From Cylindrospermopsis raciborskii Cr2010 (GTDB lineage: Bacteria > Cyanobacteriota > Cyanobacteriia > Cyanobacteriales > Nostocaceae), in assembly GCF_003367075.2 (NCBI RefSeq), contig NZ_CP065936.1:540001-572000 (forward strand): a stretch of DNA of 32,000 nucleotides, in the 5' to 3' direction. The position numbers and the translations under genes were made by a program. This document shows positions 23,250 through 32,000 of the stretch, one piece after another. The notes under the pieces are model-generated. The model saw only the letters and a list, made by a program, of their open reading frames with translations, was not told the DNA's origin and ran no database searches. Every line of letters begins with the position of its first letter. Positions within the stretch are counted from its first letter, which is position 1.

Positions 23250-25868
23250 ATGAACATCACACGTATCAAAAACCTACTGCAAAATCTATTTCAAGAAGAT
23301 TCCCGTTGGCCTCACCACCAAAGACGAGTTGTATTTTGGTATGACCCAGATGGGCAATTTGTCAGTATTTTTGAGGAGTTAGAAATAAATGATGTCAAAA
23401 AAATTCAACTGGGTGACACCCCATTCACTCTTAAATATCGTCTCTTTATTGAAGAACCTGAGCAAAATTTCTTACTTTATGCCCCCTTTCCTCCACCGGA
23501 ACCCCAAGACAACTGGCTCTTAGATATCGAAAAAAGCAGTTTAACCTTCTCCGCTGACCCAGCAGCTCTAATTTATGCTGACCTGGGTCTACGCGATCGC
23601 TCTTTAGAAGAGACTATTCGCCAATATCTCAAAAAATTCTTTAATTGTAAAAAGCGGATAGGTCATTTACAATCCATGGCTATTTCTCCCGACACGGAAG
23701 AAAAAGGACTACTACTGGCCATGCTTTCGGTTTTAGTCAATTTAAAAGTTCCTGATGGTAATCTTTTAATTCGTGAAGTATTACTAAAAGGATTATTAGA
23801 GTCTGATAACCCTATCTGGCAAGATATTGTGCGATTTGTTTCCGCTCAAGCTTTTTGGGATGTGGTAGAAGAATACACTGGTTTCTCATCTAATACTCCT
23901 AGCCTAAATAAGCTATTCACCCATCTGCTCATTACCCATTTTAGTATATCCTTAAATACCCCATCTTCACGAACCCTAATTAAAGAATCACCATTAACTG
24001 AAAAAATAGCAGATAAAATTATCAAACCAGGACAACGAGCCTACTCATTCATAGACCAGTGGATGCGCGATGATAAACATCGCGAAGGTTGGCAAAAACT
24101 CAGTGAAGAAATTAGCGAACAATTACAAATATTTGACCTCATCGAAAATGAACCACCAGAGATTCTATACAGATCTGCTAGTTTTGAAGTGATAGACCAA
24201 GTGTTAATTCGTAGTTGTGTAAAAACCCTCCGCACTGCTTTTGCACAAATCTCCCTTCCAGAAACTGTACCCCTAGAAGTAAAATCCTGGAAACAATGGT
24301 TAAAACCTCGTTCCGAGTTGATTTGGTACTCTAAATACAAATATGTCTATCAAGCTCTAGAATCAGCGATCGCACTTTGGGAAATACAACAACAATATCC
24401 AAAAGGATTTGAGTCAACTCCCAAACCCCTATTTCAAGAATATACGGAAAACCTATACAAATTCGACCAAGAATATCGCCACTTCATTTTAGCCAGTACC
24501 CAATCTTTAGGGGATATTATTAAAGAACTAATGGAAGATATAGACAACTTTTATACCCAATGGTTTTTAGAAAATCTCGGTTCCTCCTGGTCTAATGTTC
24601 TCAGCAAGAATAGCAATTGGGAACTAACGGATATTCCCCCCCAACAGCGATTCTTTCGTAGATATGTGTTACCCATTCTGCAACGAAATAACAAAGAAAG
24701 AGTATTTGTCATTATTTCTGATGCTTTTCGCTATGAGGTAGCCAAAGAACTGGTAGAAATAATCCAACAAAACTTACGAGGAGAAATCCAAATAGAACCA
24801 GTTCTCGGTGTTTTACCCAGTATTACCCGTCTGGGAATGGCAGCTCTCCTACCCGGATCTAAGTTGGAATTAATACCAAATAGTGAGGATGTGTTAGTAG
24901 ATAGCATGAGTACGAAAAGCAGTAAGACTAGGGAAAACGTACTAAATCAAAACAGCTCTGTACAAGCAAAAGTGATAGAAGCTAAAGAGCTATTAACAAA
25001 GAATACGGAAAACGCCAAAAAAATAGTACAACCCAACAGACTAATTTATATATATCACAATGTAATTGATGCCATTGGTGACCAAGCATCTAGTGAATCT
25101 CATGTTTTTTCGGCTTGTCAAACAGCTATTGAAGACCTGTTAAGACTAGTCAAAAAAATTTGTAATTCCCTGAATGGAAAAAATGTTATTATTACAGCAG
25201 ACCATGGATTCTTATATCAAAGACCTGGGCTTGAACCAAGAGATAAACTGGTCATGCCATCGGATCAATGTATCTTAGAGAAAACACGTCGTTATCTACT
25301 AACAAGTAAACAACTGAATGATAACACCCTACAGAATTTTAAACTCCCTTATGTTCAAGAGGAAGTATTTGCAGCGGTTCCCCGAGGGACATTAAGATTT
25401 GCAGTGCAAGGAGGAGGATCAAGATTTGTCCATGGAGGAGCATCCCTACAGGAAATTTGCGTCCCCGTAATCTATTATCAGCAAAAACCAGCCAAAGGTG
25501 ACGAAGGACTACCGCGCAAAGTGGAAGTAGAAACAATTGGCACTAATAAAAGAGTTAGCAATAACCGATTTACGGTCAGAATACTACAAACTGAGCCAGT
25601 ACAAGGAAGATGGCGTCCTCGTAAGATTACAGTTGCCATGTATGACATTCAAGGTAATATTCAAATTACAGATGAGTGCACCACCAACCTAGATAGAACC
25701 AGTCAGCATATCAAAGAGCGAGAAATGGAGATAAGATTAATGATAACCACAAGTGTTCCACCCACGGAAGGTTACCTAATTATCAAAGACCAAGAAGACC
25801 AAACTGAACTGGTCAAAGAAAAATGGAGAATCAGTCTCGGAATTGCCAATGATTTTGGCGACTTTTAA
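23250..25868 (+). CDS. pglZ: BREX alkaline-phosphatase-superfamily protein PglZ
   Basis: 872 aa. VFVIISDAFRYEVAKEL and IITADHGF motifs are typical of the PglZ domain. It sits between pglX and brxL. Confidence 0.85.
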   Translation: MNITRIKNLLQNLFQEDSRWPHHQRRVVFWYDPDGQFVSIFEELEINDVKKIQLGDTPFTLKYRLFIEEPEQNFLLYAPFPPPEPQDNWLLDIEKSSLTFSADPAALIYADLGLRDRSLEETIRQYLKKFFNCKKRIGHLQSMAISPDTEEKGLLLAMLSVLVNLKVPDGNLLIREVLLKGLLESDNPIWQDIVRFVSAQAFWDVVEEYTGFSSNTPSLNKLFTHLLITHFSISLNTPSSRTLIKESPLTEKIADKIIKPGQRAYSFIDQWMRDDKHREGWQKLSEEISEQLQIFDLIENEPPEILYRSASFEVIDQVLIRSCVKTLRTAFAQISLPETVPLEVKSWKQWLKPRSELIWYSKYKYVYQALESAIALWEIQQQYPKGFESTPKPLFQEYTENLYKFDQEYRHFILASTQSLGDIIKELMEDIDNFYTQWFLENLGSSWSNVLSKNSNWELTDIPPQQRFFRRYVLPILQRNNKERVFVIISDAFRYEVAKELVEIIQQNLRGEIQIEPVLGVLPSITRLGMAALLPGSKLELIPNSEDVLVDSMSTKSSKTRENVLNQNSSVQAKVIEAKELLTKNTENAKKIVQPNRLIYIYHNVIDAIGDQASSESHVFSACQTAIEDLLRLVKKICNSLNGKNVIITADHGFLYQRPGLEPRDKLVMPSDQCILEKTRRYLLTSKQLNDNTLQNFKLPYVQEEVFAAVPRGTLRFAVQGGGSRFVHGGASLQEICVPVIYYQQKPAKGDEGLPRKVEVETIGTNKRVSNNRFTVRILQTEPVQGRWRPRKITVAMYDIQGNIQITDECTTNLDRTSQHIKEREMEIRLMITTSVPPTEGYLIIKDQEDQTELVKEKWRISLGIANDFGDF

Positions 25869-25907
25869 TTTTGCCGACTTTTCATAAACCTCACCCAGCT
25901 CCCCCCC

Positions 25908-27926
25908 ATGCACGACCTCAATCACAAACTTAACACCCATTATCCTGGAAAAGTTGTACGCAAGGACTTAACCAAGCGTATTAAGGAAGGTGCTAATGTA
26001 CCTGTTTATGTGTTGGAATATCTATTGGGTATGTACTGTGCTACCGATGATGAAACTACTATTGAGGAAGGGGTAGAGCGAGTAAAAAAGATTCTTGCCC
26101 AAAATTATGTACGTCCAGATGAAGCAGAACTAGTAAAGTCTAAAATTAGAGAGTTAGGGCGTTTTACAGTTATAGATCAAGTTAGCGTCACATTAAATGA
26201 AAAGAATGATATTTACCAGGGGACATTAACCAATCTAGGGATAAAAAATCTAGTCATAGATCCGGAGATTGTCAAAACCAACTCTAAATTATTGGGTAGT
26301 GGAATTTGGTGCATTTTGCAACTAGAGTATGAAGCAGGAGCAAAACCAAGTCCTTTTATTGTGAGTAGTTTAAAACCAGTACAAATGCCCACAATAGACA
26401 TGGAAGAACTATTTGGTACTCGTTTAGCTTTTACCCGTAGTGAATGGATTGATATTCTAATTAGATCCACAGGAATTGAGCCAACTACCCTCAAAGAAGA
26501 AGTAAAATGGCACTTACTAGCTAGATTGATACCTTTGTGCGAGAACAACTATAATAGTTGTGAACTCGGACCTCGCTCCACGGGTAAGTCTCATGTGTAT
26601 AAAGAGGTTTCTCCCAATTCTATCTTGATTTCGGGAGGTAAAACCACAGTAGCCAATTTGTTTTACAATATGTCCACCCGTCGAATTGGACTAGTGGGTT
26701 TATTCGACGTAGTAGCTTTTGATGAAGTTGCGGGAATCAGCTTTCATGATAACGATGGTGTGCAGATTATGAAAGATTATATGGCATCGGGCTCTTTCGC
26801 ACGAGGAAAAGCGGAAATTAGTGCCAATGCTTCTATGGTATTTGTGGGTAACATTGATCATAGCGTAGAATCTCTAGTTAAAACATCTCATCTGCTGGCA
26901 CCTTTTCCTCAAGCAATGATAGACACGGCATTTTTTGACCGATTTCACGCCTATATACCAGGGTGGGAAGTGCCTAAATTTAGTCCGGAGAACTTTACCA
27001 ATCAATATGGTTTTATAGTAGATTATTTAGCTGAATGGCTGCGGGAAATGCGTAAACGTAGTTTTGCTGATGTCTTAGATAAATACTTTCGTCTTGGTAA
27101 TAATCTAAAACAAAGAGACGTGCAAGCAGTGCGCAAAACAGTTTCAGGCATGCTAAAACTAATTTTTCCCGATGGCTCATTTAGTAAGGAAGATGTACGG
27201 GATGCTTTAATATATGCCCTAAAAGTAAGGAGGCGAATCAAAGAGCAGCTGAAAAAAATTGGTGGCATGGAATTTTATGATGTGCATTTTAGCTACATTG
27301 ATTTGGAAACAATGGAAGAGCAGTTTGTTTCGGTTCCAGAACAGGGAGCAGCAACCCTAATTAGTCCAGATATTTTAAATCCCGGTCACCTTCACTTCAT
27401 CAGTCCCACAGACAACAATGTAATTGGCGCTTTCAAACTGGAATTACAAACAGTCATAGGTAGCGGTAAATTAACCCGCACAGGAATGGCCAACACATCC
27501 AAAATCAAAGATAGTTTAAACATAGCCATGAACTATTTTAAAGCCAACTCCCAACGAGTGAGCAGCGGTATTATTCCCACTAACTGGGACTTTTTGTTAC
27601 AAATAATAGACCTGCAAGGTAGTGGAATTCCCCAAGAAAGTGGACTAGCTCTACTCATCTCATTATGCTCCGCCACTCTTAAACGCAGTCTTCAAGCCCA
27701 ACTAGTCATTTTGGGAGAAATGACCCTAGGTGGTACTATTACACCAGTCACTAACCTAGCTACTAGTTTACAAGTAGCATTTGATGCTGGTGCTAAACGA
27801 ATTCTTTTACCCATGAGCAGCGCAGTAGATATTGCCAGTGTTCCTCCTGAATTGTTTGCCAAATTCCAAACTTCGTTTTACACTGACCCTGTTGATGCTG
27901 TATTTAAAGCCTTGTCCGTAGATTAG
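25908..27926 (+). CDS. brxL: BREX Lon-like protease/ATPase BrxL
   Basis: 672 aa. P-loop GPRSTGKSH, Walker B-like VVAFDEV and a C-terminal Lon-protease-like region (LVILGEMTLGGTI). It is the last gene of the BREX operon. Confidence 0.85.
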   Translation: MHDLNHKLNTHYPGKVVRKDLTKRIKEGANVPVYVLEYLLGMYCATDDETTIEEGVERVKKILAQNYVRPDEAELVKSKIRELGRFTVIDQVSVTLNEKNDIYQGTLTNLGIKNLVIDPEIVKTNSKLLGSGIWCILQLEYEAGAKPSPFIVSSLKPVQMPTIDMEELFGTRLAFTRSEWIDILIRSTGIEPTTLKEEVKWHLLARLIPLCENNYNSCELGPRSTGKSHVYKEVSPNSILISGGKTTVANLFYNMSTRRIGLVGLFDVVAFDEVAGISFHDNDGVQIMKDYMASGSFARGKAEISANASMVFVGNIDHSVESLVKTSHLLAPFPQAMIDTAFFDRFHAYIPGWEVPKFSPENFTNQYGFIVDYLAEWLREMRKRSFADVLDKYFRLGNNLKQRDVQAVRKTVSGMLKLIFPDGSFSKEDVRDALIYALKVRRRIKEQLKKIGGMEFYDVHFSYIDLETMEEQFVSVPEQGAATLISPDILNPGHLHFISPTDNNVIGAFKLELQTVIGSGKLTRTGMANTSKIKDSLNIAMNYFKANSQRVSSGIIPTNWDFLLQIIDLQGSGIPQESGLALLISLCSATLKRSLQAQLVILGEMTLGGTITPVTNLATSLQVAFDAGAKRILLPMSSAVDIASVPPELFAKFQTSFYTDPVDAVFKALSVD

Positions 27927-27927
27927 G

Positions 27928-29091
27928 TCAGCTGGCTGGTTTTCGATAAATCTTCAAGGAAAACATGCCATTTTCAAAGGCAAACTCCGGGTCTATACCC
28001 GTGCTTTCTCTAGCACTTTCAATAATCTTGAGTGTGCCCCCACCCCAGTTCTCAAACAAACCCATCATATAAAACACTCTGGCGATTAATTTATTACCAG
28101 GTCTGGATGGATGGTGCCGCTTGAGAGCGTCAATAGTAATAGTAGGCGTAAACAGTTGAGCAGGGTTGTAGAAAAGAATAAACGAGGGTCTGACTTCGAT
28201 GGTGGATTTAACATCCATACGGTAATCTCGGTGGGCGATCAGATTGACCAACGCCTCCCGCAGCATCAACCTGGGGAATTCAAGAATTTCAACACCTTGT
28301 TGTTCGCCCTTCCCATAGGATTTCCTTATGCTACCCAAAAGGAAATCCATGGACTTGCCAAAGGTATCGAGTAAATTACCTGTGTACTCATGATTATTTG
28401 TCATCTCATCATAACCCGTATCTGTAGGAAAACTTGCAACCTTGACCTCATAATGGGTCAAAAAGAAGCGGGCGGGGTTTTTTCCAAAAAGAAGCACTGC
28501 TGCATTGCTAACTATGCCATTCTTGACTAGATCCAGCTTTTCCATAACCTGATCAACTGGTAGGTAGAGATTCTGATTGAAGTCACGCACAACATTGGCT
28601 GTTTCCATGAACCTTTGCACGCTTGTTTCATCTATATCTGCTAAAGTGGCACCAGGACAAGGCTGGAAATCAAAGCCATAACCGTTGGTTCTTTGCTGAA
28701 GCAGGATTCGGTACTGCTCCTGATCCAACTGCTGGGTGGTGGGGCCAATCCGGATATAGGGTCTACCATAGGCAACATGGGGTTTTAATGGGCTCTGCTC
28801 AATGCATACCCGAATACAAGATTTGCCTTCAATCTCCACTTTTTCCACTTGGGGATACAATTTGGGATCTGTGTTGAGCTTAATGGTATTAGCAATGTTT
28901 TTTAATGTGTCATTACTTACCATCTGTCCAACCACGGTTCCGTCATCGGATATACCAAAGTACAGTACGCCGCCTTTGTGATTAGCAAAAGCACATAGAG
29001 TCTGGGTGGCTTCTTTTAGTAGAGAGGTGGAGCGTTTAAATTCCAGTTCTTCCGATTCTCCAGATATGATTTCTTCTCTATAGTCAGTCAT
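27928..29091 (-). CDS. AlbA_2 (Schlafen-like) plus HATPase_c_4 (RecG-C-terminal-like) domain protein; usually annotated ATP-binding protein or putative transcriptional regulator
   Basis: N-terminal ESEELEFKRS....LCAFANHKGGVLYFGISDDGTVVG and C-terminal LREALVNLIAHRDY ... NWGGGTLKI. Confidence 0.7.
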   Translation of the reverse strand: MTDYREEIISGESEELEFKRSTSLLKEATQTLCAFANHKGGVLYFGISDDGTVVGQMVSNDTLKNIANTIKLNTDPKLYPQVEKVEIEGKSCIRVCIEQSPLKPHVAYGRPYIRIGPTTQQLDQEQYRILLQQRTNGYGFDFQPCPGATLADIDETSVQRFMETANVVRDFNQNLYLPVDQVMEKLDLVKNGIVSNAAVLLFGKNPARFFLTHYEVKVASFPTDTGYDEMTNNHEYTGNLLDTFGKSMDFLLGSIRKSYGKGEQQGVEILEFPRLMLREALVNLIAHRDYRMDVKSTIEVRPSFILFYNPAQLFTPTITIDALKRHHPSRPGNKLIARVFYMMGLFENWGGGTLKIIESARESTGIDPEFAFENGMFSLKIYRKPAS

Positions 29092-29146
29092 TTAGTAAAG
29101 TCCCTCAGTATTAATCATCTCCCGTAGGGAGTGCTTCGCAATCGCC

Positions 29147-30565
29147 CTAAAATTCCTGTGACTTTCGCAACCAATCCCTCCCCACTTGAATAGTAATGTC
29201 AGAACCAATATCACCAGTGCTTTCTACCCGTACCTCACCAAAACCCAAAACCTGACGAACAGACTCCGCACTGTTACTATCACCCTGTTGGGCCACAATA
29301 TGGGTTGTTTCCAGCGGTTCCCCCGCACCACGAGAAACGCGACTAACATTCACATATCCAGCTTGTTGTAAAGTATTAATTAGACCCCTAACCGATTGTC
29401 CTTCTCCCGTGCTATCTTGAATAGCAATGCGTAATCTGGAAGGGTCAATGGTTTCCTGGGTATCCATCCATGATGCTCCCAAACCAAAGTTTTTCACCGC
29501 TAGTTTTTGAATGGCCTCTTGATCCGGTATCCAGTAACTTGCACCATATTTACCGTTTTCGCTGAATCCACCAGGAAGCATTAACATTTCTATATTAGAC
29601 CTATTTGTTCCTGTGCCAAAACCCAGCAGGGCAATTAGCTCTTCAATAGATAGATTAGTGTCAATATGCTCCTTAATAGTTTCTAAAATCTGCGGAAATC
29701 TGGTCAGGGTTGCACCATTCACACTTTGTTCAAAAAGCGCCCTCAGTACCATTTGTTGTCGTTGAATTCTGCCAATGTCACCTAAAGCGTCATGGCGAAA
29801 TCGCAATAATTGTAGTGCTTGGTCACCACTAAGATGTTGCTTACCTGCTTTTAAATTAATATATAAATGTTGGGAGTCATCCTGATATTTCATATCTTTG
29901 GGAACATAAACTGTTATCCCACCCAAAGCATCAATTAGTTTACCTACTCCTAAAACATTAATTCGGATATAACGATCAATAGCTACTCCACCTAAAAGAT
30001 TACTAACGGTTTTAGCTGTTAATGCAGGTCCACCGTTCACATTAGCCGAGTTAATCTTCTTTGTGCCAACCCCTTCAATTTCGGCGCGGGTATCCCTTGG
30101 AATAGAAAGCATGACAATTTTTTTGGTCTGGGGGTCAAATTTGAGCAGGAGCATCACATCTGAAAGACCGTCAAAAGAGTTAAGTTGGGGTAAATAACCC
30201 AAATTCTTGGTGTGGTCAGGTGGGTTTTGTATGTCGGGGGGTAGTACGCTCATACCCATGACCAAAATATTCACAGGGCGAGTTAACTGAGAAAATTGCC
30301 AACCATTACCAGAAATGGGATTTCTGGCAAAAACCGAAGCCTGCTCTGGGGTGAGGTTGGCTTGCTGTAAGGGGGTGCTATCAGAAACAGCTAATAGGGC
30401 TCCAGCTAACCCCGATAGCACTGCAATTCCCCCCATTCCTATCACAAATAATAACCAGCGCCCGGATTTTGACCTCCTGGGTTTTTTATTTCTGGATTTA
30501 CTTCTGACTGGTTTGTTACCCGCTGCTGATGTTCTTTGACTACTCACAGATTTCCTCACACTCAT
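29147..30565 (-). CDS. LCP (LytR-CpsA-Psr) family protein with a C-terminal LytR_C-like domain
   Basis: Basic N-terminus followed by one TM. ILVMGMS...SDVMLLLKFDP...MLSIPRDT...KINSA...GGPAL...IDRYIRINVLGVGKLIDALGGI...LRFRHD..GDIGRIQRQQ. Confidence 0.8.
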   Translation of the reverse strand: MSVRKSVSSQRTSAAGNKPVRSKSRNKKPRRSKSGRWLLFVIGMGGIAVLSGLAGALLAVSDSTPLQQANLTPEQASVFARNPISGNGWQFSQLTRPVNILVMGMSVLPPDIQNPPDHTKNLGYLPQLNSFDGLSDVMLLLKFDPQTKKIVMLSIPRDTRAEIEGVGTKKINSANVNGGPALTAKTVSNLLGGVAIDRYIRINVLGVGKLIDALGGITVYVPKDMKYQDDSQHLYINLKAGKQHLSGDQALQLLRFRHDALGDIGRIQRQQMVLRALFEQSVNGATLTRFPQILETIKEHIDTNLSIEELIALLGFGTGTNRSNIEMLMLPGGFSENGKYGASYWIPDQEAIQKLAVKNFGLGASWMDTQETIDPSRLRIAIQDSTGEGQSVRGLINTLQQAGYVNVSRVSRGAGEPLETTHIVAQQGDSNSAESVRQVLGFGEVRVESTGDIGSDITIQVGRDWLRKSQEF

Positions 30566-30795
30566 GGATAAAACAATGTACCTTTTTTCTTTATGTTATT
30601 AAATATATTAACTTCTACTTGATATGACCCCCGGTCTAAAGACACGGGGACTTACCACAAACCCAAAACAGGCCGTCTTGATTACTAAAAAGAACTTTCA
30701 TGCCATTCTCCGGATTTATGAGCAATCCGGAAAGGTTGATGGTGGCCCCACAGTAATCAATGCAATTTGATTATATTGACGAGAGTATAACCTAT

Positions 30796-30912
30796 TAAGT
30801 TTCTTAATAAATCCAATCTTTAGATGGACGTAGGTTGGGTTGAAGTATGAAACCCAACGCCACGGGTCTCCTTACTCGACCCATCCTACAAATAATTGTG
30901 CCTCCCTACTTA
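30796..30912 (+). mobile_element. MITE copy with a diverged left arm
   Basis: acgtaggttgggttgaagtatgaaacccaacgccacgggtctccttactcgacccatcctacaaataattgtgcctccctactta. The left 34 bp have the same length as the consensus arm but are diverged. Confidence 0.7.
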
Positions 30913-31058
30913 CTTTAGGTAAATTCTTAGTTTCTTAGTTAGATATAGCTTTATTTAGGCTATACAAGGGGTTAATAGGTAAAAGCGAGGGGTTGGCAGT
31001 TGAACCACCTGGAATTGTCAAGGATACGGCAAATCGACTATGATAGTTACTTACCACC

Positions 31059-31180
31059 ATAAGTGGGTGAGTGGAATTAAATATAAGATGAACGTAGGAC
31101 GGGTTGAAGTATGAAACCCAACGCCCGCATGGGTTTCGTTCCTCAACCCATCCTAGAAATAATTTTGCCTCCCCACTTAT
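31059..31180 (+). mobile_element. MITE, best-preserved full copy (perfect 9-bp TIR ataagtggg / cccacttat)
   Basis: ataagtgggtgagtggaattaaatataagatgaacgtaggacgggttgaagtatgaaacccaacgcccgcatgggtttcgttcctcaacccatcctagaaataattttgcctccccacttat. Confidence 0.85.
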
Positions 31181-31267
31181 TTTTGAATAATGGTTTTTAA
31201 GTCATAGGTTTTTCCTAATCTGTAACTTGTCTCCGGTCATCTTCATTTTTACCCCAATCAACCCAAA

Positions 31268-32000
31268 ATGCACACGAGAAAGCTACTAGAATGGTGGCAA
31301 AGATTTACACCATTGTCCCGTATCGGGGCGATCGCTCTATTTGCTCCCCTATTGGTGATCAATGGTTGGGCTTTGTCCTCAATTTTCAATTATTTCCATT
31401 CATTGATAGTAATTTTGGTAGGAGCTTCAGTCCTGGCATTTTTGCTTAACTATCCACTTATCTGGATGGAAAAACAGGGTGCTAAAAGGGAACAAGTGGC
31501 CATACTAGTATTTTTGATAGCCTTATCAATTCTCCTAGCATTGGGTGTGACCCTATTTCCCTTAGCTTTGACCCAGGCTAGACAATTAGTAAACCGCTTA
31601 CCAGAATGGATAGATTCCGGGCGATCGCAATTAATGATCTTAAATGAGAAAGCGGAGATGATGGGTTTACCAATCAATCTTGATGCCATTGTGGTGCAAA
31701 TTAATGATCGTGTCAAGAGTCAACTACAGGCAATTACCGCTCAGGTTTTAAACTTAGCTGTGGTGACTGTGACCAGTCTATTAGACTTTCTGCTAACTAT
31801 GGTTTTAACCTTTTATCTGTTGCAACATGGGGGTGAACTTTGGCAAAGCTTAGTAGAATGGTTACCGAGTAAATTTCGGGAACCATTTTCTCGAACAGTC
31901 CGATTGAGCTTCCAGAACTTTTTCATCACCCAACTGATTTTATCCACATGTATGGCCTCAGCCCTAATTCCCTCATTTTTGTGGTTAAAAGTTCCCTATG
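31268..32000 (+). CDS. AI-2E family transporter (PerM/UPF0118), 5' part; runs off the window
   Basis: I translated the ATG at 31268 to the window end and found no stop. MHTRKLLEWWQRF... has multiple TM segments and FLLTMVLTFYLLQHGGELW, typical of AI-2E family proteins. It is absent from the track because it has no stop in the window. Confidence 0.75.
   Translation, partial: MHTRKLLEWWQRFTPLSRIGAIALFAPLLVINGWALSSIFNYFHSLIVILVGASVLAFLLNYPLIWMEKQGAKREQVAILVFLIALSILLALGVTLFPLALTQARQLVNRLPEWIDSGRSQLMILNEKAEMMGLPINLDAIVVQINDRVKSQLQAITAQVLNLAVVTVTSLLDFLLTMVLTFYLLQHGGELWQSLVEWLPSKFREPFSRTVRLSFQNFFITQLILSTCMASALIPSFLWLKVPY

Noticed and set aside
4731-27268. Short antisense ORFs inside the long genes on this stretch (4731-4913, 7012-7203, 7567-7857, 8437-8637, 9301-9492, 10953-11174, 11241-11459, 14502-14711, 15102-15335, 17996-18226, 20734-21003, 24041-24340, 25339-25536, 26213-26548, 27023-27268)
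   Set aside because: All are fully nested antisense to ORFs with strong domain motifs, and none has a recognisable motif of its own.
4339-31627. Scattered GCGATCGC palindromes
   Set aside because: These are the genome-wide cyanobacterial HIP1 motif. They are useful as a taxonomic hint, not as a local element or restriction-related signal.
28111-31716. ORFs 28111-28374, 28623-28877, 29186-29371 and 30315-30539 (+), and 31450-31716 (-)
   Set aside because: They are nested antisense to the AlbA_2 gene, the LCP gene and the AI-2E transporter respectively.

Overview
AT-rich cyanobacterial DNA, probably Nostocales-like. I spotted at least 13 HIP1 octamers (GCGATCGC), for example at 4339, 8825, 13066, 18254 and 31330. 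All family assignments come from by-eye motif recognition; no searches were run. From left to right:

- **1-4192:** a spacer-less head-to-tail tandem array of a MITE-disrupted Rpn/YhgA-like (DUF4351-tail) gene. It continues past the left window edge. Units differ in the copy number of a 12-bp GKEI repeat.
- **4193-13085:** an ~8.9 kb block bracketed by ~125-168 bp direct repeats. It holds a fatty-acid-hydroxylase-family membrane protein, a 1578-aa NRPS, an MFS transporter and a second Rpn-like ORF with a 27-bp in-frame repeat. The NRPS second adenylation domain is fused in frame to the back half of a condensation domain.
- **13157-13783 (minus strand):** queE.
- **14389-27926:** a type 1 BREX locus, brxB-brxC-[RNase T2 + MITE]-pglX-pglZ-brxL. 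No brxA is visible, and a signal-peptide RNase T2 gene sits between brxC and pglX.
- **27928-32000:** a convergent AlbA_2/HATPase_c_4 protein, an LCP-family protein, two more MITEs and the 5' part of an AI-2E family transporter.

One ~120-bp MITE family (TIR ATAAGTGGG) occurs about nine times and repeatedly forms gene ends. The points most worth a second look are the gene-length tandem array, the RNase T2 insertion and missing brxA in BREX, and the in-frame chimeric NRPS.
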